In this document: one piece after another, positions 36,384 through 44,748 of the stretch
Numbering within the stretch: the first letter of the stretch is position 1
How the letters are laid out: each line of letters starts with the position of its first letter
From: Candidatus Omnitrophota bacterium
GTDB lineage: Bacteria > Omnitrophota > Gorgyraeia > Zapsychrales > Zapsychraceae
Assembly (NCBI GenBank): GCA_020632515.1
Contig: JACKFK010000011.1
Location: forward strand, 1,284 to 65,283
Length of the DNA stretch: 64,000 nucleotides
Direction: 5' to 3'
Made by a program: the position numbers and the translations under genes
The notes under the pieces: generated by a model
Told to the model about the DNA's origin: nothing
Databases searched by the model: none
What the model saw: the letters and a program-made list of their open reading frames with translations, nothing else

Positions 36384-37628
36384 ATGAAACGCATCATCGG
36401 TCTCACAAGTTTTATTTTAATGGTAGTTTGTAGTATAAGCGTAAACTCAGCTTTTGCTGGAGAGTCTCTCAAAGATGCTCTTATGGAAGGGAAGCCTTAC
36501 GCAGATGTTCGTTATCGGTATGAGTATGTTGATCAAAAGAATGTAAACGAAAATGCTAAGGCGAGCACCTTACGTACACGCTTAGGGTATAAATCTGGAA
36601 AATGGTATGATTTTGTTGGTGTTATTGAAGGAGAGAATGTCTCTTATATAGGAAGCGATGATTACAATGATACGGTTAATAGACGAACAGATCACCCCGT
36701 TGTTGCTGATCCGGAAAATACACAGATTAATCAGGCTTATTTAGAGTATTCAGGAATTCCAAATACAATAATTAAAGGCGGACGTCAAGTGATTGCTTTA
36801 GATGATCATCGTTTTATCGGTCATGTTGGCTGGCGGCAAAATAATCAGGTCTTTGACGCAGGGGTGTTGACAAATAATTCTATTGAAAATACCACTGTGA
36901 TGTATGGATTTATTTATAATGTGAACCGTATTTTTGGTGAACAATCTGCTGCTGGAGATTGGAAATCGCAAAGCCATTTTTATAATATATCTAATACTAG
37001 TTTACCAATAGGTAAAATTACTACTTATGGATATATTTTAGACTTTGGGGATGATTCTTCAGCAAATTCAAGTGCAACATTTGGTCTTAGTTTGTCAGGT
37101 AAAAAGGCCTTAAATGATGAGATTAATTTAAAATATTATGGGGCGTATGCAAATCAATCTGATTTTGCGAGTAATGCAACTGATTATAATGCGAATTATT
37201 ATCATATTGCGCCGGCACTCGAATGGAAAGGGTTAACAACCACGGTAGGATATGAGGTTTTAGGGAGTGATAGTAGTAAATTTGGTTTTGCGACTCCTTT
37301 AGCAACGCTTCACAAATTTAATGGTTGGGCGGATAAATTTCTTTCAACTCCTGCCACTGGGCTTGAAGATTTTTATGTTGATTTGGGTTACAAAGTAGCT
37401 GGTTTAGAAGGAAATTTAGAGTTTTTTAATGGATTATTAGCTAAATTTCAATATCATGATTTTCAAGCCGAAGATGGTGGGGCTGATTATGGTAATGAAT
37501 GGGGTATTTATCTAAAACATCCCATAAAGAAAAATATGTATGTAGAAACAAAATATGCTGATTACAATGCAGATTCCTTTTCAACAGATACAAAGAAATG
37601 GATTCTTGGGTTTGGTTTGACCTATTAG
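36384..37628 (+). CDS. Outer-membrane beta-barrel (porin-like) protein
   Basis: Signal peptide ...VNSAFAGE, amphipathic beta pattern, and C-terminal ...ILGFGLTY. Confidence 0.6.
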   Translation: MKRIIGLTSFILMVVCSISVNSAFAGESLKDALMEGKPYADVRYRYEYVDQKNVNENAKASTLRTRLGYKSGKWYDFVGVIEGENVSYIGSDDYNDTVNRRTDHPVVADPENTQINQAYLEYSGIPNTIIKGGRQVIALDDHRFIGHVGWRQNNQVFDAGVLTNNSIENTTVMYGFIYNVNRIFGEQSAAGDWKSQSHFYNISNTSLPIGKITTYGYILDFGDDSSANSSATFGLSLSGKKALNDEINLKYYGAYANQSDFASNATDYNANYYHIAPALEWKGLTTTVGYEVLGSDSSKFGFATPLATLHKFNGWADKFLSTPATGLEDFYVDLGYKVAGLEGNLEFFNGLLAKFQYHDFQAEDGGADYGNEWGIYLKHPIKKNMYVETKYADYNADSFSTDTKKWILGFGLTY

Positions 37629-37647
37629 AAAGTCAATTTGATTTAAG

Positions 37648-37682
37648 GGGCTGACAAATTATATTTTGTCAGCCCTTTTTTA
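37648..37682 (+). terminator. Rho-independent terminator
   Basis: GGGCTGACAAA-loop-TTTGTCAGCCC followed by TTTTTT. Confidence 0.8.
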
Positions 37683-37687
37683 ATGCG

Positions 37688-37715
37688 TTGACAGTCGATT
37701 AGATCTTAGTATAAT
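37688..37715 (+). promoter_or_regulatory. Promoter of radC
   Basis: TTGACA (37688-37693), a 16-nt spacer, then TATAAT (37710-37715). Confidence 0.6.
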
Positions 37716-37768
37716 CATATTAATCTTCATCCCCCTTTCGGCTCTTCTTAAAATGAAAGGGGTTTTTT

Positions 37769-38461
37769 ATGCGCTATGCAAAATCAATTTGTCACTGGCC
37801 TCGTGATGATCGCCCGCGGGAAAAGCTTGCCAAATACGGAGAACAATCTTTAAATAACTCTGAGCTTCTTGCCATTTTATTACGAACAGGTATTAAAGGT
37901 GAAAGTGCTGTTGACTTAGCCCGACGTATTCTACAGAAATTTAAAACATTTCGTGAAATGAGTGCTGCTGGGCCGGAGTTTTGGATGAATATTAAAGGCC
38001 TGGGACCAGCTAAAATTGCGCAGATTAAAGCTGCGCTTGAAATTGGCCGACGTTTCCGGGAGGATGAGCATTTACAACAATCATTTCAAATCAAAAATGC
38101 AGAAGATGCTGTGAAGATTTTAATGCCGCAGATGCGGGATTTGAAAAAGGAGATTTTCAAGACGATTTATTTGGATGGTTCGCATCGGGTTATTCAAATT
38201 ATTACGGAAGCTCAAGGGACGGTTAATTTTGCTAATCCTATCATTCGCGAAATCTTGCAAAAAGCGTTACAATTTTGCGCGGTCGCCATTATTTGTGCGC
38301 ATAACCATCCTTCAGGTGATATTTCGCCAAGTTCGGAAGATCGCCAGTTTACGCGGCGGTTGGCTGATGCGGGACGTATAATGCAAGTTACATTACTTGA
38401 TCATATTATTATTGGAGATAATCAGTCTTATAGTTTTGCGGATCAAGGAGAAATGAAATGA
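37769..38461 (+). CDS. radC: RadC-like JAB/MPN domain protein
   Basis: N-terminal DRPREKL...LSNSELLAILLRTG and the JAMM motif HNHPSGDISPSSED. Confidence 0.85.
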   Translation: MRYAKSICHWPRDDRPREKLAKYGEQSLNNSELLAILLRTGIKGESAVDLARRILQKFKTFREMSAAGPEFWMNIKGLGPAKIAQIKAALEIGRRFREDEHLQQSFQIKNAEDAVKILMPQMRDLKKEIFKTIYLDGSHRVIQIITEAQGTVNFANPIIREILQKALQFCAVAIICAHNHPSGDISPSSEDRQFTRRLADAGRIMQVTLLDHIIIGDNQSYSFADQGEMK

Positions 38462-38597
38462 AGGAAAATGATGATTAGGGCGGTATCTATTAGAAAATTA
38501 AGAGGTTTTGTGCTTATATAACGTTAATTTTAAGATTTAGATTTCCACATCTATTTGCTATATAATATGTTAAGATAAAAATAGTTTATTTTCATCC

Positions 38598-38625
38598 TTG
38601 ACAATCGTTTACCATATGGTAATCT
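38598..38625 (+). promoter_or_regulatory. Promoter driving the riboswitch leader
   Basis: TTGACA (38598-38603), a 16-nt spacer, then TAATCT (38620-38625). Confidence 0.5.
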
Positions 38626-38649
38626 TAAAAAGTCTGAGTTCTTTTATAT

Positions 38650-38815
38650 AGTCTTTTGAAAAAGGCAAACTATCCGAAAGGATAATCCAAAGATTTTTTT
38701 GGATCATCAATAAGTATTATTGGTGGGGCGCAAAGCTAATAGAACCTTAATTTTCTTTAAGTATATTTTAGAGAAAATATGGTAGTCAGCTGCCAATGAG
38801 TCGATTTTTAGACTT
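38650..38815 (+). promoter_or_regulatory. c-di-GMP-I (GEMM-I)-like riboswitch aptamer with an inserted pair of hairpins
   Basis: GGCAAAC-TATCC-GAAA-GGATA (38664-38685), GGGGCGCAAAGC (38725-38736) and GGTAGTCAGCTGCC (38781-38794) parallel GGCAAACC..CGAAAG..GGGACGCAAAGCC...GGUAGGUAGCGGGG of the Vc2 GEMM-I RNA. The closing helix is AGTCT/AAAAA (38650-38663) with TTTTT/AGACT (38805-38814). Confidence 0.6.
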
Positions 38816-38818
38816 TTT

Positions 38819-38848
38819 AGCCCATCAAAATTTTTGATGGGCTTTTTT
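38819..38848 (+). terminator. Intrinsic terminator forming the riboswitch expression platform
   Basis: AGCCCATCAAAA-TT-TTTGATGGGCT followed by TTTTTT, about 100 nt upstream of the 38953 start. Confidence 0.75.
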
Positions 38849-38952
38849 ATTTGATGCCCTATTTAAGGAAGGGTGAATTATCTTTTAATTTAGGAAGAGT
38901 TTAAGTAGTTAAAATTTATAAAATTGGTGAAGTAAAAAATTAGGAGAAAAAA

Positions 38953-40872
38953 ATGAAATTATTAAACAATCAAAGAAAATTAATAACTTTTCTTACTGTT
39001 GGTGCTTTTGTTGTTTTTTCTTTTCCCTTAAATGTATTTGCTCAGGCGCAATTTGGAGCAGATAATTTTGTTGAAGGTGTGGGAGTTCCAGAAGGAGAGT
39101 TTGTTGAAGGGGCAGAAGTTCCAGAAGGAGAATTTGTCGAAGGGGCTGGTTCTCCAGAGGGAGAGTTTGTTGAAGGTGCTGAAGTTCCAGAGGGAGAATT
39201 CGTTGAAGGGGCAGAAGTTCCAGAAGGAGAGTTTGTCGAAGGCGCAGAAGTTCCAGAAGGAGAATTTGTCGAAGGTGCTGGTGCTCCAGAGGGAGAATTC
39301 GTTGAAGGGGCAGAAGTTCCAGAAGGAGAGTTTGTTGAAGGGGCAGAAGTTCCAGAAGGAGAATTCGTTGAAGGTGCAGAAGTTCCGGAAGGAGAATTTG
39401 TCGAAGGGGCTGTTGAAGGTGAAGAGCTTGTTGGAAAAAATGATAGTGTGAACAAATCAAATATACCAAATACACAACAAGCAAAACAATTAACTATTGA
39501 TCAGTCAAAAGAATTAATTGCTTTGCCTCAATCTGAAATGAAAGAATTACAACGGGCTTTGGCAGAAATGGCAAGAGATTCGTCGCAGAAAGATTTGTAT
39601 CAAGAGTTAGGAGGTATTTTAGCTGCCGAAGTACAACTTGTCATTGAACCAGAGGCATTATCAAAGAATGATGGGGTAAAGGGAATTAATCCTGCAAATG
39701 AAAATGGATTTCAAGGGCCTGGACCAAATGGAGAGATGCTAGTAGATGCTCCTCAACAGGGAACAGGAGCTCCAATGCCCGGTGAAATGGCTTTAGGTCC
39801 ACAAGGTCCATTGATGGGAGGCGGAGTAGGTCCTGAAGGTATTATGGGCGCACCAGGCGAGCAGGGGGTAATGATGATGGGGATGGATGGTGGTGTTAGG
39901 CCAGGGATGGAAGGACCCCGTATCATGGATTTTGGTGAATTTATGCAAGGTGTTCAAATGCAATCTATGGGATTGGAAATGGAAAAGCATGGGATGTCTA
40001 AAGAAAAAGTAAATGAATTAATGGATAAGGGAATGGATATGTTAGCCCAAGCTAATGGAAATCAAAATGTTTTTGGTGAAATTGTTCAGCTAGCCATGAA
40101 TTTCTCACAAGGCCCTCAAGGACCGATGGGACCAGCTCCTGATGGTAATATGGGGCCGCCTATACCAGGACAAGATGGTATGATGGGGCCAGGGCCGATG
40201 ATGGGACAAGATGGTATGATAGGACCGGGACCAGGTGGAGAAATGGGGATGTTTGATATGCAGGGTTTTGCTCAAGCCTTAGGATTTGATCCAAATGGAA
40301 TGGGACCTGCAGGACCTAATGGTCCAAATGAATTTGGTCCCCATGATGGTGTTATGGGACCGGCACCGGGAGAATTTTTTGGACCCGGACCAGGAGATGG
40401 ATTTTTTGGACCAGCGCCAGGAGAGTTTTTTGGACCAGAAGGTGATTTTATAGGGCCTCCTCCTGGAGAATTTGAGTTTGTAGAGCCTCCAGAGTTTGAT
40501 CCTGATAATCCTCCTGGACCCCCGCCAGGATGTGATAGTGCTTGTCTTTTTGAAACAGCGTTAAATGAAGCGCGGGTGGTGGCCACTATTGTAGGTTTTA
40601 ATCCCGCAGATAATGGAATTACTAATAGAAATTTAGAAAATCCAGCAACAAATTATGTAGTTAATTTAGCTGGAATTGCAAATGCTGATTTAACAAATAA
40701 ATATGCTCAATTGAATCCAGGGATTCAGCAGCAAATATATTTAGAATCACTATTTGATCAATATAGTGCTTCTGATGAAGCTAGAAAAGATGCTATTTGT
40801 GATTTGAATCATGATCATGGGCATTCTCATACGAGTTTGACAGAACAATGTCATACTGATGGGAATAATTAA
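38953..40872 (+). CDS. Secreted repeat protein: 11-aa acidic tandem repeats, a Gly/Pro/Met-rich low-complexity region, and a Cys/His-containing C-terminal domain
   Basis: GGAGAAAAAA RBS and signal peptide ...FPLNVFAQA. Contains (FVEGAEVPEGE)x10, a long G/P/M-rich segment with recurring GEF(F) units, and a C-terminal DLNHDHGHSHTSLTEQCHTDGNN. Confidence 0.7.
   Translation: MKLLNNQRKLITFLTVGAFVVFSFPLNVFAQAQFGADNFVEGVGVPEGEFVEGAEVPEGEFVEGAGSPEGEFVEGAEVPEGEFVEGAEVPEGEFVEGAEVPEGEFVEGAGAPEGEFVEGAEVPEGEFVEGAEVPEGEFVEGAEVPEGEFVEGAVEGEELVGKNDSVNKSNIPNTQQAKQLTIDQSKELIALPQSEMKELQRALAEMARDSSQKDLYQELGGILAAEVQLVIEPEALSKNDGVKGINPANENGFQGPGPNGEMLVDAPQQGTGAPMPGEMALGPQGPLMGGGVGPEGIMGAPGEQGVMMMGMDGGVRPGMEGPRIMDFGEFMQGVQMQSMGLEMEKHGMSKEKVNELMDKGMDMLAQANGNQNVFGEIVQLAMNFSQGPQGPMGPAPDGNMGPPIPGQDGMMGPGPMMGQDGMIGPGPGGEMGMFDMQGFAQALGFDPNGMGPAGPNGPNEFGPHDGVMGPAPGEFFGPGPGDGFFGPAPGEFFGPEGDFIGPPPGEFEFVEPPEFDPDNPPGPPPGCDSACLFETALNEARVVATIVGFNPADNGITNRNLENPATNYVVNLAGIANADLTNKYAQLNPGIQQQIYLESLFDQYSASDEARKDAICDLNHDHGHSHTSLTEQCHTDGNN
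39067..39415 (+). repeat. In-frame 33-nt tandem repeat, about 10.5 copies
   Basis: The unit is TTT GTT GAA GGN GCA GAA GTT CCA GAA GGA GAR. Most differences between copies are third-position synonymous changes; units 1, 3 and 7 also carry amino-acid replacements (VG, GS, GA for AEV). Confidence 0.95.
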
Positions 40873-40900
40873 GAAGAGTTTTGATTGTATTGAAATTAAA

Positions 40901-40932
40901 AAGGCCTTCGAGAGAATATTCTCGAAGGCCTT
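40901..40932. terminator. Bidirectional terminator between convergent genes
   Basis: Perfect 13-bp stem AAGGCCTTCGAGA-GAATAT-TCTCGAAGGCCTT, flanked by an A-run upstream and T-rich sequence downstream. Confidence 0.8.
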
Positions 40933-40951
40933 CTTAATTTCTAAGTTTATT

Positions 40952-42079
40952 TTAAAAGTTTAAAGTAAAACCCATTTTATTGGTAAAGTCTTCAAAATTT
41001 CCAGTTCCTGCATTTGAACTAGATTTCTTATGTGTAAACGTATAATTTAATTTGGAATATTTGTTAAGTGTATAATTTGCGCTTAACCGATGGGAGAGGG
41101 CTTGATCCCAGCGAGCTGTAGAAGCGGCAACTCGGGCGAAATATTGTTTGACTTCAAAATCAGTAGTATAACTTAAATATAGTTTATTTTGTTCAAGAAA
41201 ACCTGCAGACAAAGTTATTTCGCCTTTATGGGCATCATAATCATTGAAATCTTGGTACTCGTCATTTGATTTGTTTCTATAAGATTTTCCTTTTACTTTT
41301 ATACTGTATTTTCCAATGAATCGTTTAATCCAAAGTTCGCCAGTATGGCGCGTATCGTTACGTATTAAATCTTTAATATCCGTCTGGCTGCTGTTGCGGG
41401 CGAGATCATGATCATAATCTTTTGATGTATATTCATATTTTCCTCCCCAATTCCATTTTGATGTAAAGTAGTGTGTGAATTGAAGAAAATATTTTGATTG
41501 TTCGTAGCTGGAATCTTCGGCTTTGGGATAGATTAACCATTGATAGGATGTTCCAGGTGTAATGGCCAGTTTGCCGTTAAGCAATCGATAGGTAATGTCT
41601 CCAGATATGGTGTAATCACGAGTGCTTAATGTTTTATTGTTATCATAATCAAAATTGATAAGACTGAAACCAGCATTTCCGCTTAAATTAGGGGTAAATT
41701 TTGGGGTCCAATTAAGATTGAGGGTTTCTTCGAAGGCAAAGTCATCTTTGGCTGATCCCTGAACGGCGCTTGTGGGATTCGTTTCTACTTGATAGGTAAA
41801 ACCTGTGGAGATGCGTGTCTGAAGAAGTTCACGTCTACGTTTTTCAGCGCGGCGTTCTTCGGCTCGTTTTTTCAGCATATCAAGTACTTCTTCAGCTGTT
41901 TTTGGTTTCTCCTGCAAACGGCGCATTTCTTCAAGTTCTTCTTTTCGGCGTTCACGTTCTAGTTCAATTTGTTCTCGGGCTTCTTCAGCGGCTGTTTGCG
42001 CATAGGTCAAGGAAGGATAGACAAAGAGTAAGGAAAATAAAAAGAATAAGAGTGAAGGTGCTTTTATGTAAAATTTCAT
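40952..42079 (-). CDS. Outer-membrane beta-barrel protein with an N-terminal charged coiled-coil segment
   Basis: Signal peptide ...SLTYAQT, an E/R/K-rich helix (aa 30-85), beta-strand pattern, and C-terminal ...MGFTLNF. Confidence 0.6.
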   Translation of the reverse strand: MKFYIKAPSLLFFLFSLLFVYPSLTYAQTAAEEAREQIELERERRKEELEEMRRLQEKPKTAEEVLDMLKKRAEERRAEKRRRELLQTRISTGFTYQVETNPTSAVQGSAKDDFAFEETLNLNWTPKFTPNLSGNAGFSLINFDYDNNKTLSTRDYTISGDITYRLLNGKLAITPGTSYQWLIYPKAEDSSYEQSKYFLQFTHYFTSKWNWGGKYEYTSKDYDHDLARNSSQTDIKDLIRNDTRHTGELWIKRFIGKYSIKVKGKSYRNKSNDEYQDFNDYDAHKGEITLSAGFLEQNKLYLSYTTDFEVKQYFARVAASTARWDQALSHRLSANYTLNKYSKLNYTFTHKKSSSNAGTGNFEDFTNKMGFTLNF

Positions 42080-42195
42080 TTATATATTCCATTTCTATAA
42101 TGGTTTCAAGTAGTTATATAATATAATTTTTATTTTATTAGAATTTTATTTCGATGCTATCTTTTTTTTCTTTTTTTTGTTAAAGTGATTTCAAT

Positions 42196-42744
42196 ATGTT
42201 GAATTTTAGAGCGAGTATTTTTTTAAATAAAAGAAAAATTATAAAAATTTGTTTAGTAGGTGTAATTTTTTTTATAGTGCATTCGGAACCTATTCTTATA
42301 AAGAAAGCAATGGGTGAAGAGAATCTTTCCAATAATAATTCTCAAAAACCTTCATTAATTGATCAGCTCGCTCCTAATTTTTTATTAACAACACTTAATG
42401 GAGAAACGTTTAATTTATCTGAGGTTATTAAGAATCGAAGGGCGATGATTTATTTTTGGGCTACGTGGTGTCCAAATTGTCTTAAGAAGTTACAATATTT
42501 CAGTGAGTCAGCAGAAATGTTTGAGCAACAGAATATAGCTTTGGTGATTATAAATTACGGAGAGGAAAAAGAACGCGTTGTAGAATATATTAATCAATAT
42601 AATATTGATCTAAACATTGTATTGGATCAAGAAAAGTCATTGCAAAAATCTTATGATTTGAATTCTTTGCCAACGTTGATTTTTATTAATTCAGAAGGAC
42701 TTATAAAGAATATAAAACATGATCTTGATTTGCATAATTTATAA
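42196..42744 (+). CDS. TlpA/redoxin-like thiol:disulfide oxidoreductase, membrane-anchored
   Basis: N-terminal TM helix and a W-C-P-N-C thioredoxin-fold active site (FWATWCPNC). Confidence 0.75.
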   Translation: MLNFRASIFLNKRKIIKICLVGVIFFIVHSEPILIKKAMGEENLSNNNSQKPSLIDQLAPNFLLTTLNGETFNLSEVIKNRRAMIYFWATWCPNCLKKLQYFSESAEMFEQQNIALVIINYGEEKERVVEYINQYNIDLNIVLDQEKSLQKSYDLNSLPTLIFINSEGLIKNIKHDLDLHNL

Positions 42745-42752
42745 CTTTGGTT

Positions 42753-43577
42753 ATGACCGATAGTGAATTTCAACATAAAATTAGTGAAAAGTTGCTCGCT
42801 GCAGTTGTTCGTTTTTCTCAAGATTCAATTATTATTACTTCCATTGATTTAGATTCTCCGGGTCCGCGTATTATTTATGTGAATCCTGGGTTTACTCAAA
42901 TGACCGGATATTCTCCCGAAGAAGTGTTAGGTAAAACGCCGCGGATTCTTCAAGGGCCTAAAACTGACAGTGAGGTGTTGAGACGGCTGCGAAAGGCGTT
43001 AGAGTCGCAAGAAGTGTTTTATGGTCAAGCTATTAATTATCGAAAGGATGGTACAGAGTTCTGGAATGAATGGCATATTGAGCCAATTCGAGATGACGAT
43101 GGTAATTTGACGCATTACCTTGCAATCCAACGGGATGTTACTCAGCGTAAGATGGCAGAGCAGGCCTTGGAGCAAAAAAATGTGGCTTTAAAGGAGGTGT
43201 TAGAGCAAATTGAGATTGAAAAAAAGAAGATCAGAGATGATGTGGTTCTCAATGTTGAGGAGGTTTTGCTCCCTGTGTTTCAGAAATTGCGCCGTAAAGG
43301 AAACTCCATGGATCGCAAGTATTTAGATATATTAGAGCAAAATTTGAAGGATTTAACTTCTTCTTTTGGGATGAGCGTGTCTGAGAAAAAGTTTAAGTTG
43401 TCCCCAAGGGAGGTTGAAATTGCTAATTTGATAAAAAGTGGGTTAACAGGCAAGGAGATATGTGGTATACTTCACATATCATTTAAGACTGTTGAAACTC
43501 ACCGTAATAAAATTCGGAAAAAACTAGGCATCTTAAATAAAGACATCAATTTAACTACTTATTTACAAAGTATTTAA
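42753..43577 (+). CDS. LOV-like PAS domain (lacking the adduct-forming Cys) + coiled-coil linker + LuxR-type HTH
   Basis: GFTQMTGYSPEEVLGKTPRILQGPKTD...NYRKDGTEFWN...LAIQRDVT aligns to the LOV consensus GF..LTGY..eEvlGrNCRFLQGp.TD...NYrKdG..FWN...Q.DvT. Thr-Pro replaces Asn-Cys. C-terminal LSPREVEIANLIKSGLTGKEICGILHISFKTVETHRNKIRKKLG. Confidence 0.7.
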   Translation: MTDSEFQHKISEKLLAAVVRFSQDSIIITSIDLDSPGPRIIYVNPGFTQMTGYSPEEVLGKTPRILQGPKTDSEVLRRLRKALESQEVFYGQAINYRKDGTEFWNEWHIEPIRDDDGNLTHYLAIQRDVTQRKMAEQALEQKNVALKEVLEQIEIEKKKIRDDVVLNVEEVLLPVFQKLRRKGNSMDRKYLDILEQNLKDLTSSFGMSVSEKKFKLSPREVEIANLIKSGLTGKEICGILHISFKTVETHRNKIRKKLGILNKDINLTTYLQSI

Positions 43578-43598
43578 GGATTTTTACGACTTTCTTTA

Positions 43599-43622
43599 AT
43601 CATGTATTATAATATACATGAT
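43599..43622 (+). promoter_or_regulatory. Inverted repeat bracketing a TATAAT box
   Basis: ATCATGTAT-TATAAT-ATACATGAT (9-6-9, arms perfect), located between the LOV-LuxR gene and the chalcone-isomerase-like gene. Confidence 0.5.
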
Positions 43623-43682
43623 ATATGGGGTATAAATTAGCGTTGATCTTTATTTTCATTCTGGTATCATAGAAAGTAAGGA

Positions 43683-44321
43683 ATGAAAAATAAGATGAAA
43701 GAACAGACAAAAATTTATATGAAAACAAAAATACTTCAAATGCTGATCATTCTTGGGTTAAGCAGTTTTCTGGCTAACTATGGAAATGCTGCTGAAATTT
43801 CAGGTAGCCAATTTCTTCCTAAATATAAAGATGGTGCTGTTGAGATGAATTTACAAGGGATAGGTAGTAAATCGGTTTTATTTATGAAGGCTTTTGTAGC
43901 CGCTTTTTATATAGAAGAGGGAATGGCTGAGAATCCAATGGCAAATATTCCCAAACATCTTGAGGTTGAATATTTTGTCAGAATTCCTGCTAAAAAATTA
44001 AACAATTATACTGTTGAACGAATGGCGGAAAATATTTCTCAAGAAGAAATGGCTGCGTTGAATAAAGAGATTGAATTGATGGGGCAGTATTTTGTAGATT
44101 TAGCTCCGGGTGATCGTTTTGCATTAACGTATATACCTGATTTGGGAACGAAATTTACTCACAATGATCAATTGGTTGGAGTTGTTCAAGGAGCACAATT
44201 TGCTAAGGCGCTGTTTTCCGTGTGGATCGGAGAAAAGCCTTTCGATGAAAGGTTAAAAAATCAAATTCTTGGGCTTGAAAATATAGAAGTTCATGATAAT
44301 CTGGTATTAAGTATTAAATAA
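43683..44321 (+). CDS. Secreted chalcone-isomerase-like (fatty-acid-binding fold) protein
   Basis: Signal peptide. LQGIGSKSVLFMKAFVAAFYIEEG matches the l.G.G.R.k..fkvY.aaLY pattern of the bacterial chalcone_3 family. Confidence 0.55.
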   Translation: MKNKMKEQTKIYMKTKILQMLIILGLSSFLANYGNAAEISGSQFLPKYKDGAVEMNLQGIGSKSVLFMKAFVAAFYIEEGMAENPMANIPKHLEVEYFVRIPAKKLNNYTVERMAENISQEEMAALNKEIELMGQYFVDLAPGDRFALTYIPDLGTKFTHNDQLVGVVQGAQFAKALFSVWIGEKPFDERLKNQILGLENIEVHDNLVLSIK

Positions 44322-44399
44322 TAATTTCCTTCCTAAATAAGATTTTCATCACAATTTAAATTTAATTTAAAATGGTTATTTTAAAGTAAGAGTATAAGC

Positions 44400-44729
44400 G
44401 TGAAGACGATTATTCTCTTGGTAATTTCTAATATTTTTATGACGTTTGCCTGGTATGGGCATTTACGCTTTAAAAGCGCCCCGTTGTTTAACGTTATTGT
44501 GATTAGCTGGTTAATAGCTTTTTTAGAATATTGTTTTCAAGTTCCAGCAAATCGTATAGGTCATGGGATGTTTACGGCTGCGCAGTTAAAGACTATTCAA
44601 GAAGTGATTACATTGTTGGTTTTTTGTTTTTTTTCGATTTTTTATTTAAAAGAGGAGTTGAGATGGAATTATTTGGTAGGTTTTGCATTAATGATAGGTG
44701 CTGTATTCTTTATTTTTAAAAAATGGTAA
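44400..44729 (+). CDS. DMT-superfamily small membrane protein (DUF486)
   Basis: MKTIILLVISNIFMTFAWYGHLRF is the DUF486 signature. Four TM spans. GTG start. Confidence 0.65.
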   Translation: MKTIILLVISNIFMTFAWYGHLRFKSAPLFNVIVISWLIAFLEYCFQVPANRIGHGMFTAAQLKTIQEVITLLVFCFFSIFYLKEELRWNYLVGFALMIGAVFFIFKKW

Positions 44730-44748
44730 TGTTTGAAAGGAGTTTATT

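Noticed and set aside
39067-39415. Possible CRISPR array or minisatellite
   Set aside because: The units are contiguous with no spacers, the period is 33 nt, they are in frame with a long ORF, and no cas genes are present. It is a coding tandem repeat.
38993-39484. ORFs in the track at 38993-39484 (-), 39032-39451 (+) and 39042-39455 (-) overlapping the start of the repeat protein gene
   Set aside because: They are by-products of the 33-nt tandem repeat keeping every frame open. Their products are monotonous repeat translations with no RBS. Only the frame with a signal peptide and RBS (38953) is credible.
40272-40586. 104-aa Gly/Pro/Ser-rich ORF on the minus strand
   Set aside because: It is antisense to the G/P/M-rich low-complexity part of 38953-40872. 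The compositional bias keeps the antisense frame open, and there are no start signals.
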